A DNA stretch of 13,379 bases from Acidobacteriota bacterium (GTDB lineage Bacteria > Acidobacteriota > UBA4820 > DSQY01), in NCBI GenBank assembly GCA_049967655.1, contig JBMFSH010000057.1:1-13379 (forward strand), written 5' to 3'. Below are positions 6,205 to 13,379 of the stretch, in pieces; the stretch's first letter is position 1; each line of letters begins with the position of its first letter. Under the pieces are notes generated by a model that saw only the letters and a list, made by a program, of their open reading frames with translations, did not search any database and was not told where the DNA came from. The position numbers and the translations under genes are program-made.

Positions 6205-7363
6205 TCTCGAACCTCTCCAGGTGCGAGCCCTCCCAGGTGATTCTGCCACAACAGGAGCAGGCCGAGAACCTCCGGTGCGTCAGGTAGGTGTAGGGGGGGA
6301 CCTTGCCCAGCGCCTCCTCGCGCTGCACTTCGAGGACCGGGGCGTTGCAGTCCAGGCACCGGGGCCGCGCCCCCGCCGCGGGGAGGCCGAAGCGTCTGAG
6401 GACGGCGGCGAACTGGGCGGCGGGCTCGTCGCCCGGCGGCTCGAAGGCGGCGATGCCCCGCTTGGCGCAGGCGGCCAGCAGGGGCCTGTCCCGCGTCAGC
6501 AGGACGCGCCCCGTCCGTCCGGCCTGCTCCGCAAGCCAGTCGTCCTCGGCGTCTCTGGCGTAGGCGGCGTCGAGGCCGCAGAGCCGGAGGTACCGCGCCA
6601 GTTTCCCGATCATGGCGTCGCAGAGAAAGCGCGGCGACTCGGGGGGACGGTCGCCCAGCCACCCTTCGACCTCGGGCGTGTAGCGTCCCTCCTCGCCGCG
6701 AAGGTGGAGGTCGGGAAGGGCCACACAGCCGCGCCCCGCCTCCCTCCTGAACTGGAGGAGGAGCACGTGCTCCGGAGCACCGGGGCGGGAGCGGACCCGC
6801 CGCAGAAGGCGCGGGTGCAGGCCGGTCCCCGCCGCCTCGGCCAGGCACTCGCTCAGGCGAGGGGCGGGACAGAGCAGGGCCAGCCGCCCTCCCGGGCGCA
6901 GGCAGCGGGCTCCCGCGCGCAGCACGTCGGCCAGGGTGGCGGTGGCGTCCTGGCGCGCCGTGGCGCGGGCCGGATCGGCGCTCGCCATGCCCCGGCCGGC
7001 CTGATAGTAGGGGGGGTTGCAGACCGCCAGATCGAACAGCTCCCCGCCGAGGCCATCGGGCCGGCGCAGGTCGCCCTCGATTACCCTCGCGATGTCGCTC
7101 CAGCCGTTCTCCTCCAGGTTGAGGGCGGCGAGCCTCGCGAGCTCGGGCTGGATCTCCACGCCCGTCAGGGAGGAGGGCAGGTGCCAGTGGGCCAGCAGGA
7201 GGAGCAGGATGCCCGTGCCCGTGCCCAGGTCCAGCACCCGCTCCCCCTCGCGGACCCAGGCGAAGCCCGCGAGCAGGACCGAATCCACGTTGAAGCGGTA
7301 GCCCGATGGGGGCTGGCGAACGCGGAGGGCACCCCTCAGAAAGAGCGTGGGGGCGTCCTTCAC
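6164..7363 (-). CDS. Fusion of a tRNA1(Val) A37 N6-methyltransferase-like (TrmN6/YfiC) domain and a Mut7-C RNase domain
   Basis: N-terminal domain: GYRFNVDSVLLA, VLDLGTGTG, GVEIQ, CNPPY, LRPGGRL. C-terminal domain: RFLCDAMIGKLARYLRLCGLD, LLTRD, RCLDCN...CSCCGRITWEGSH. GTG at 7363 overlaps the larB stop (GTGA). Confidence 0.85.
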   Translation of the reverse strand: MKDAPTLFLRGALRVRQPPSGYRFNVDSVLLAGFAWVREGERVLDLGTGTGILLLLLAHWHLPSSLTGVEIQPELARLAALNLEENGWSDIARVIEGDLRRPDGLGGELFDLAVCNPPYYQAGRGMASADPARATARQDATATLADVLRAGARCLRPGGRLALLCPAPRLSECLAEAAGTGLHPRLLRRVRSRPGAPEHVLLLQFRREAGRGCVALPDLHLRGEEGRYTPEVEGWLGDRPPESPRFLCDAMIGKLARYLRLCGLDAAYARDAEDDWLAEQAGRTGRVLLTRDRPLLAACAKRGIAAFEPPGDEPAAQFAAVLRRFGLPAAGARPRCLDCNAPVLEVQREEALGKVPPYTYLTHRRFSACSCCGRITWEGSHLERFEREVRKLGSEEVRK

Positions 7364-8115
7364 CCCTTCTCCCCCAGGCGGTTTACCACGGCGGCCGCGT
7401 AGCCCGCGGAGAAGCCGCCGTCCACGTTCACGACCAAGAGGCCCGGAACGCACGAGGAGAGCATGGCGAAGAGGGCCGTCTTTCCCTGCTCCTGAACGCC
7501 GTAGCCCACACTGGTGGGAACGCCGATGACGAGGGCGCCCGTGAGGCCCGCGGCCACCGAGGGCAGTGCCCCCTCCATCCCAGCCACCGCCACCACGACC
7601 CGCGCCTCCCTCAGCACGGGGAGCAGGTCGAGGACCCGGTGGAGGCCCGCCACCCCCACGTCCGGGTGGTAGTCGGCGCGAGCCCCCAGGTAACGCGCCG
7701 TCCAGTAGGCCTCCTCGGCCACGGGGCCGTCGCTCGTCCCGCCGGAGATCACCACCACCCGCCCCACCCCTTCGCCCGGCTCCGGCCCCAGGAAGCCCAG
7801 CCGGGCCACGGGGTGATAGGTCATGGAGGGGAAGCGGCGCCTCAAGGCCCGCGCCTTGGTCCCGTCCAGGCGGGTCACCAGGGCCGGCATCTCCCTGGCC
7901 TTGTAGGCCTTGAGGATGGCGGCCAGGTCCTGGGGCCGTTTCCCCTCCCCGTAGATGACCTCCGGAAAGCCTCGGCGCAGCATGCGGTGATGATCCAGGC
8001 GGGCGAAGCCCAGGTCCTCGTAGGGAAGGCCGGCCAACTGCTCGGCCGCGGCGCCGGGGGCCACGCGCCCCGCCGCCACCGCGTCGAGCAGGGCCCTCAG
8101 GCGGTCAGGACGCAT
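7360..8115 (-). CDS. larB: Nickel pincer cofactor biosynthesis protein LarB (PurE-like carboxylase)
   Basis: Motifs FARLDHHR..RRGFPEVIYGEGK, GTSD.PVAEEA, DVGVAGLHR, AGMEGALPS, VPTSVGYG and VVNVDGGFSA. Confidence 0.92.
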   Translation of the reverse strand: MRPDRLRALLDAVAAGRVAPGAAAEQLAGLPYEDLGFARLDHHRMLRRGFPEVIYGEGKRPQDLAAILKAYKAREMPALVTRLDGTKARALRRRFPSMTYHPVARLGFLGPEPGEGVGRVVVISGGTSDGPVAEEAYWTARYLGARADYHPDVGVAGLHRVLDLLPVLREARVVVAVAGMEGALPSVAAGLTGALVIGVPTSVGYGVQEQGKTALFAMLSSCVPGLLVVNVDGGFSAGYAAAVVNRLGEKG

Positions 8116-10498
8116 GGCACTGCAGGACCAGCATGGTCAGGTCGTCGGTCTGGGGCGCCCCTCGCTGGAAGCGCCCCACCTCGTCGAGGACGGCTTTCAG
8201 GACCTCCTCGGGGCGGCGGATGGCGTGGTTTTCGAGCGAGGCCGTGAGCCGCTCCATGCCGAACTCCTCGCCCTCCCGGTCCATGGCCTCGGTGACGCCG
8301 TCCGTGTAGAGGAGCAGCACGTCCCCGTCCTCCATGGCCAGGTGGACGTCGTGAAGGCTCTTCATGAAGAAGTCGTCGTCCATCACCCCCAGGATCAAGC
8401 CCCTCGGGGTGAGCACCTCGACCTTCCCCCCCCTCACCAGGAGCGGCGGATTGTGGCCCGCGGAGATGAGCTCCAGCTCCCGGGTGGAGGGGTCCAGGAC
8501 GACCGCGCAGAGGGTGAGGAAGATGCCCGACTCGCTCAGGCGCCCGAAGATGCCGTTGAGCCTCCGCAGGATCTCCGTGTGGCTGCCCTCACTGTAGGCG
8601 ATGGCGTGCAGGATCCCCTTGGTGAGCGTCATGTAGAAGCCCGCCCGCACACCCTTCCCCGAGACGTCCCCCAGGAGGAGGAGCCACTTCCCGCCGGGAA
8701 GCGGAAGGAAGTCGTAGTAGTCCCCCCCCACCTCCATGGCCGGCAAGCACATGCCCGACATGGCGAATCCGGGGATTTCCGGCGTCTCCTTGGGCAGAAA
8801 GCGCTCCTGGATCCCCTTGGCGATCTCCAGCTCCCTGGCGAACCGCTCCCGCTCCCTCATCCGCAGCAGATAGGCGGGCTCGTAGTGCTCGATCCCCTGA
8901 AGCGGCCTGCCGAAGATCGCCGTGTAGCCCAGCGCCCCCAGAAACAGGAGCAGGGCCGCAACCCCCAGCCACGTCTGGAGACGGATGGAGGCATCCTGGG
9001 CCGTGAAGAGGAGCGACAGGTTCTCGACCACCTTCGGCGCCACGAGCACGGCCGCCGCGGCCAAGGCGTCGCTGGTCTCCATCACGAGAAAGGTCAGCGC
9101 GCCGGTCATGAGCGAGAGGGCATAGGCCAGGACCGACGGGCCCACAGGGAAGAACCAGGGGACCGCCAGGGCGAAGAGGAGGGAGAAGAGCACGCCCGCC
9201 ACCCAGGCCCCGAAGCGAAGGCGGCAGATGGGATACACCACTCCCAGGAAGAGGGCCGAGAGGACCACGGCCGAGGGGAGCGGTCCGAACAGGGCGTTGC
9301 CCGCCAACCCTCCGGGAAAATGGAGGTTGGTCAGCGAGAACGGGGCGGGCACGAGGGTGATGCCCAGGGAGCGCCAGGTCATCCCCGCCCAGAAGATCGC
9401 CGCTATGGGTCCCAGAAGCAGGAGTGAGAGGCCCCCCGCCCACAGGAGCTGGCGGCCCAGCTCCCGTACGTTCAACTGGCCTTCGAAGAGAAGGTCTATG
9501 AGCCGGAGCCGATCTTGAAAGGTCTGCCTCAGGAAGGACTCGGCCACCCCCCAGAGGAGCCCGAAGAAGAAGGCCGAGAGCACGCTCACCACGGCGGCCA
9601 CCAGCACGGTTTGGAGGATCCCCCCCTCGGGGTTGCTCGCGAACCTCAGGAAGGTGAGCCCCGCCGCCAGCAGCCCCACCCTCTGGGCGTGCTGGAAGTC
9701 CACCTCGTCGCGGCGCAGCTTCTGGAAGAATAGGAAAAGAAGCACGAGGACCAGGAAGAACCAGCTGGCCCCCACCAGGAGGGGGACGATGACGCCGCCG
9801 AGGAGGTTTTCCGGCTGCTCCTCCACGAAGACGGGCCGGCGTTCGAGGCTCGTCAGATACCCCGAGCGCAGGGTCACCGAATACTGGTAGAAGAGGCCGG
9901 GGAGCCCGCGGATGGGCTGCTTCCAGCCAAAGTCGAAGATCTGGTGCCCCTCCTCCTCCCCCGCCTTGCTGGAGGTGAGCGTGAGCTGGCCCACGTCCAC
10001 CCCCGCGAAGCGGAGGGCCTCCTCGGCTTTGGAGCGGGCCTCCTCGGGCGTGAAGCGGAGCTGGGGCTCCCCCTTTCGGGGCGCGGCGCGGATGGCCAGG
10101 ATCTGCCCCGAACTGCCCACCTCGACGACCAGGGGCGGCTTGGCCCCCTTGAAGATCTTCCACGTCGTCCACTGGCCCGCCGGATAGACGCTGTAGATCC
10201 ACCGGTGAACGGGCACCTCGCGCGCCGCCCAGTACGCCGCGGCCTGGATGCCGAAGAGGTCCTGCATGCGCTTCAGGGTCGCGTCGTCGGTCTGCTGGGA
10301 GAGGCGGACATCCAGGCGGCCCGGATTGTTGAGCAGGATCTGGGCCGTGGCCATCACCTTGGCGCGGACCGCGGCTTCGCTGAACCGGGCCAGCCCCAGC
10401 GGCGCGTAGACGATGGGGGCCACCCAAGCCATGTAGCCGGCCACGCACGCCAAGGCCGCCAGTCCCAACAAGACGTGGCCCGCAATCCTTCGCCTCAT
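8105..10498 (-). CDS. Multi-pass membrane SpoIIE/RsbU-type PP2C phosphatase with an extracytoplasmic N-terminal domain
   Basis: C-terminal motifs ELEIAKGIQERFLP, VGGDYYDF, GDVSGKG, SAGHNPP, YTDGVTEA and DDLT. An N-terminal TM is followed by ~200 aa of soluble domain and about 9-10 hydrophobic segments. Confidence 0.9.
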   Translation of the reverse strand: MRRRIAGHVLLGLAALACVAGYMAWVAPIVYAPLGLARFSEAAVRAKVMATAQILLNNPGRLDVRLSQQTDDATLKRMQDLFGIQAAAYWAAREVPVHRWIYSVYPAGQWTTWKIFKGAKPPLVVEVGSSGQILAIRAAPRKGEPQLRFTPEEARSKAEEALRFAGVDVGQLTLTSSKAGEEEGHQIFDFGWKQPIRGLPGLFYQYSVTLRSGYLTSLERRPVFVEEQPENLLGGVIVPLLVGASWFFLVLVLLFLFFQKLRRDEVDFQHAQRVGLLAAGLTFLRFASNPEGGILQTVLVAAVVSVLSAFFFGLLWGVAESFLRQTFQDRLRLIDLLFEGQLNVRELGRQLLWAGGLSLLLLGPIAAIFWAGMTWRSLGITLVPAPFSLTNLHFPGGLAGNALFGPLPSAVVLSALFLGVVYPICRLRFGAWVAGVLFSLLFALAVPWFFPVGPSVLAYALSLMTGALTFLVMETSDALAAAAVLVAPKVVENLSLLFTAQDASIRLQTWLGVAALLLFLGALGYTAIFGRPLQGIEHYEPAYLLRMRERERFARELEIAKGIQERFLPKETPEIPGFAMSGMCLPAMEVGGDYYDFLPLPGGKWLLLLGDVSGKGVRAGFYMTLTKGILHAIAYSEGSHTEILRRLNGIFGRLSESGIFLTLCAVVLDPSTRELELISAGHNPPLLVRGGKVEVLTPRGLILGVMDDDFFMKSLHDVHLAMEDGDVLLLYTDGVTEAMDREGEEFGMERLTASLENHAIRRPEEVLKAVLDEVGRFQRGAPQTDDLTMLVLQCHAS

Positions 10499-10504
10499 CT
10501 AGTC

Positions 10505-10533
10505 AGCATAGGACAGGCGGAGGGTGGGTTCAA
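10505..10533 (-). promoter_or_regulatory. Sigma70-type promoter of the phosphatase-larB-MTase-pyrE operon
   Basis: TTGAAC (10533-10528), 17-nt spacer, TATGCT (10510-10505); ATG follows after 6 nt. Confidence 0.7.
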
Positions 10534-10554
10534 TGGAACGAGCGGGCATGCGGT

Positions 10555-10584
10555 TTGCCGATTCGCAGGAGCGGCCTTTAGAAT
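10555..10584 (+). promoter_or_regulatory. Candidate promoter of the flavin oxidoreductase gene
   Basis: TTGCCG (10555-10560), 18-nt spacer, TAGAAT (10579-10584). Confidence 0.55.
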
Positions 10585-10648
10585 GGGGGCTCCGGCGCTC
10601 GGCCCGATCCACCGGATCGGGCGCTCGCCCGCCTCAGGAGGTGTTTCG

Positions 10649-11716
10649 ATGAGCGTTCTTTTTTCTCCGCTGGATCTGCGAGGCATCCGATTCCGAAACC
10701 GCGTCTTCGTCTCCCCCATGTGTCAATACTCCTCCGTCGACGGCGTGGCCCAGCCTTGGCACCTCGTCCACCTCGGCAGCCGCGCCGTGGGCGGGGCGGG
10801 GCTCGTGCTGACCGAGGCCGCCGCGGTGACCCCCGAGGGCCGCATCAGCCCGGACGACCTGGGGATCTGGTCCGACGAGCAGGCCCAGGCCCTCTCGCCG
10901 ATCAACGCCTTCATCAGGGAGCAGGGAGCGGTTCCGGGCATTCAACTGGCCCACGCCGGGCGGAAGGCCTCCTCCACCACCCCCTGGAAGGGGAGCGGCG
11001 CCGTTCCTCCCTCCGCGGGAGGGTGGACGCCGCTGGCCCCCAGCCCGCTGCCGTTCGACGAGCATTCCTCCGTTCCCCGCGAGATGGCGGAGCCGGACCT
11101 GGAGGGGGCGGTCGGGGCCTTCCGGGCCGCCAGCCGGCGCGCTCTCGCCGCCGGATTCGAGGTGATCGAGCTCCACATGGCGCACGGCTACTTGATGCAC
11201 GAGTTCCTCTCGCCCCTCTCCAACCATCGCGCGGACGGTTACGGTGGAAGTCTGGAGAACCGGGCCCGCCTGCCCCTGGCGGTGGTCCGGGCGGTGCGGG
11301 AGGAGTGGCCCGAACGGCTCCCTCTGATGGTGAGGATCTCGGCCACCGACTGGGCGGAGGGGGGATGGAACCTCGAAGAATCCATAGTCTTTGCCCGCTG
11401 GCTCAAGGAGGAGGGGGTGGACCTGGTGGATTGCTCCAGCGGGGGGCTCGTTCCCCACGCCCGCATCCCGGCGGGCCCGGGCTATCAGGTGCCCTTCGCC
11501 GCCGCCATCCGGCGCGAGGCGGGCATCCCCACCGGCGCCGTGGGTCTCATCACGGATGCCGCTCAGGCGGAGCAGACCGTGGCCACGGGCCAGGCGGACG
11601 CCGTTCTTCTGGCACGGGAGCTCCTGCGCAATCCCTACTGGCCCATGGCGGCCGCGCGGAAGCTCGGGACTCAGGTGGACTGGCCGAAGCAGTACGAGCG
11701 GGCGCGCCTGCCCTGA
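10649..11716 (+). CDS. namA: NADPH:flavin oxidoreductase, old yellow enzyme family (YqjM/NamA type)
   Basis: Motifs NRVFVSPMCQYS, HLGSRAVGGAGL, GIQLAHAGRKAS, ELHMAHGYLMHEFLSPLSN and ARELLRNPYW. SD AGGAGG (10636-10641) sits before ATG 10649. Confidence 0.92.
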   Translation: MSVLFSPLDLRGIRFRNRVFVSPMCQYSSVDGVAQPWHLVHLGSRAVGGAGLVLTEAAAVTPEGRISPDDLGIWSDEQAQALSPINAFIREQGAVPGIQLAHAGRKASSTTPWKGSGAVPPSAGGWTPLAPSPLPFDEHSSVPREMAEPDLEGAVGAFRAASRRALAAGFEVIELHMAHGYLMHEFLSPLSNHRADGYGGSLENRARLPLAVVRAVREEWPERLPLMVRISATDWAEGGWNLEESIVFARWLKEEGVDLVDCSSGGLVPHARIPAGPGYQVPFAAAIRREAGIPTGAVGLITDAAQAEQTVATGQADAVLLARELLRNPYWPMAAARKLGTQVDWPKQYERARLP

Positions 11717-11723
11717 GTGTCCC

Positions 11724-11939
11724 TCAGGCCCCGTAGACCGTGTGGACGGGCCGGGCGGCCAAGAGCTGGTCCAGGCCCCAGTCCGTGACCCGGCGGAAAC
11801 GATCCGACTCGATGAAGGCCTTGAAGGCCTCCGCGTCATCCCACTCGGAGAGAATGAGGTAGACCGCGGGCGCCTCCACCTCACGGTAGAGCCGGGTCCG
11901 GCGGTGGCCCGCGGCGCCCTCCAGCGCCTCCGCCCCCAC
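11724..11939 (-). pseudogene. Antibiotic biosynthesis monooxygenase (ABM)-fold gene, apparently missing its N-terminal ~25 aa
   Basis: GH..TRLYR...P..YLILSEWDD.EAF.AFI.SD.F is ABM-like. The ORF is only 71 aa, has an in-frame TGA at 11955-11957 upstream, and has no SD. Confidence 0.55.
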
Positions 11940-11956
11940 CGCGTGGGCGAGTTTTC

Positions 11957-11985
11957 AGTGTAGGGCCGGCGGAGCCACCCGGCAA
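11957..11985 (-). promoter_or_regulatory. Candidate promoter of the ABM-like ORF
   Basis: TTGCCG (11985-11980), 17-nt spacer, TACACT (11962-11957). Confidence 0.5.
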
Positions 11986-12001
11986 CCGCCTCCCGCCCCG
12001 C

Positions 12002-12031
12002 TTGACTTGCAGACCAAAACGGTGCTAGCTT
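12002..12031 (+). promoter_or_regulatory. Candidate promoter of the cold-shock gene
   Basis: TTGACT (12002-12007), 18-nt spacer, TAGCTT (12026-12031) preceded by an extended -10 TG. Confidence 0.6.
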
Positions 12032-12080
12032 CGCCTCTCCGGCGAGCGGTTTGCCGGGGGAGCTTTTTAAGGAGTCGGTT

Positions 12081-12287
12081 GTGGTCACAGGAACTGTCAA
12101 GTGGTTCGACGAGAAAAAGGGGTATGGATTCATCACGGTGGACGAGGGGAAGGACGTCTTCGTTCACTACAGCGCCATTCAGTCCAACGGCTTCCGGAAG
12201 CTTGTCGAGGGCGACCGCGTGAGCCTGGAGGTCAAACAGGGCGCCAAGGGGCCCCAGGCTGAGATGGTCCAGGTGATCCGCGACTGA
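12081..12287 (+). CDS. Cold-shock protein (CspA family)
   Basis: Motifs GTVKWF, RNP1 KGYGFI, RNP2 DVFVHY and KGPQA. SD AAGGAG precedes GTG 12081. Confidence 0.96.
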   Translation: MVTGTVKWFDEKKGYGFITVDEGKDVFVHYSAIQSNGFRKLVEGDRVSLEVKQGAKGPQAEMVQVIRD

Positions 12288-12317
12288 TGTTCGCAACCGC
12301 ACTTTGGACGCCATGAG

Positions 12318-12345
12318 AGGGGCCTTCGGGCCCCTTTCTTCTTTT
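12318..12345 (+). terminator. Rho-independent terminator after csp
   Basis: Stem AGGGGCC/GGCCCCT, UUCG loop, U-rich tail TTCTTCTTTT. Confidence 0.85.
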
Positions 12346-12605
12346 CCGCCGGCCTCCCACCGCCCCGGTCCATTCGCGCCGCTCCCCCTCGCCGCCTTCA
12401 TGCCCGCCAGGTTCCACCCAATGGCTGCCCCAAACAACTTCAGTTCTCATTGATTTGGCGCTGGCCGAACGGCCCGGGCTGGGCCGCGGCGGGCGAGCTC
12501 CGGGGGTAGGAAATTTCCCGTAAAAGTAACCGGCGTAATGGAAGGGAACTCCACGGCGGCGGCCGGCGGGCGCCGAAGCCGGGGGCGCGGAGGAGCGGGC
12601 CGGGT

Positions 12606-12947
12606 TCAGGTCCGGCTGGGCCTCAGGTGCTGGCGCAGGGCGGTCAGGAGGGCCTCCACCTTGGGGACTGCCGCGGGAACGCCCTTGGCCCTGGCGTCCG
12701 CGTCCATCAGGGTCTCCTGGAGGGACCAGAGCAAACAGTGGTTCTGCCACGGCTTGGCCTGGGCGTCACCCCAACTGCACGCCGGGCAGTTCCCGTCGCA
12801 TCCGATGGCTGGAAGAGCCTTCGCCCGGTCCAGGGCGTTGATAAACTCCTTGGCCGCCCAGAGGGACTCGGGCTTTCGGTTCTTCAGGAAAGCCTCGAGG
12901 ACGTTGCGAAGCTCCCGGATTTGCCGGTCGATATCGGAATCGGACAT
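12606..12947 (-). CDS. Hypothetical 113-aa helical protein with a CxxxCxxC..HC cluster
   Basis: SD GGAGG lies 7 nt before ATG 12947. The composition is protein-like (MSDSDIDRQIRELRNVLEAFL...), unlike the shadow ORFs, and a TATAGT -10-like box sits at 13002-13007. Confidence 0.65.
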   Translation of the reverse strand: MSDSDIDRQIRELRNVLEAFLKNRKPESLWAAKEFINALDRAKALPAIGCDGNCPACSWGDAQAKPWQNHCLLWSLQETLMDADARAKGVPAAVPKVEALLTALRQHLRPSRT

Positions 12948-13379
12948 GGCAGCACCTCCGCGGCGGAACGGGGCCGCCGAAGGAACGGCGCCCGAAGGAG
13001 CACTATAGGGCACCCGCCCCATCGCCCGCCAGGGCTCCCCCGTGATCCCGCTTCCGGTGGGGCAGAAACCCCGGCCCGCGCGCCTCGGCTCGATCCAACC
13101 CTCTTGTTGCCGCCTCCAGCTCGAATGCCCTCGGTTCCGCGATCGAATTTCGCGCCTACGAGCATCGCCCCCGGCTCGACCGGTCGTTCCGGGAAATCTC
13201 CCCGCGGTCGCGCCGAGGCGCCCCTCCTACCAAGGCGCCATGCCTCCATGGCGGAATCTGGAACGGCTCATCCCCAATCCCGCGATGGAACGGGGGAAAG
13301 AACATGGAAAGTAGGTAGAGCAAATCATTGAAGAAGAGGCCCAAGTCACCTATCAAGGGATTGGGGCGCCCTCGAGCCA

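Noticed and set aside
7364..7453. 30-aa N-terminal extension of the methyltransferase-RNase ORF
   Set aside because: It lies within larB; the GTGA overlap at 7360-7363 is the more plausible start.
8114..10448. Long alternative ORFs 8114..9427 (+) and 8589..10448 (-)
   Set aside because: They are shadow or off-frame readings of the phosphatase gene with R/G/P-rich composition.
9944..10648. N-terminal extension making namA a 590-aa fusion
   Set aside because: The extension is antisense to the phosphatase gene. A strong SD and the family N-terminus place the start at 10649.
13304..13379. ATG-GAA-AGT-AGG-TAG mini-ORF followed by an in-frame open stretch (amber read-through or leader peptide)
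   Set aside because: Only about 25 codons are visible before the window edge, with no homology or recoding signal to support it.

Overview
A GC-rich bacterial chromosomal window. The left edge holds the 5' part (domains I-III) of a minus-strand group II intron that starts with GAGCG. It is inserted about 135 nt downstream of a tRNA-Ser(GGA) gene, in a spacer carrying an IHF consensus site and short direct repeats typical of an integrase att arm. Next come a helical-repeat/HD-GYP gene and a divergent ccmABC(D) operon ending in a DUF62 SAM hydrolase. Converging on it is a tightly coupled operon: membrane SpoIIE/PP2C phosphatase, larB, an in-frame fusion of a TrmN6-like methyltransferase with a Mut7-C RNase, and pyrE. 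The right part holds a YqjM/NamA-type old yellow enzyme, an N-terminally truncated ABM gene, a cold-shock protein with its terminator, and a small Cys-rich hypothetical gene. The most interesting candidates are the methyltransferase-RNase fusion, the intron whose EBS1 matches a REP-like GGGGTCAGGTCTTG motif, and a degenerate CPBP-like membrane domain on the phosphatase. All calls come from motif recognition by eye; no searches were run.
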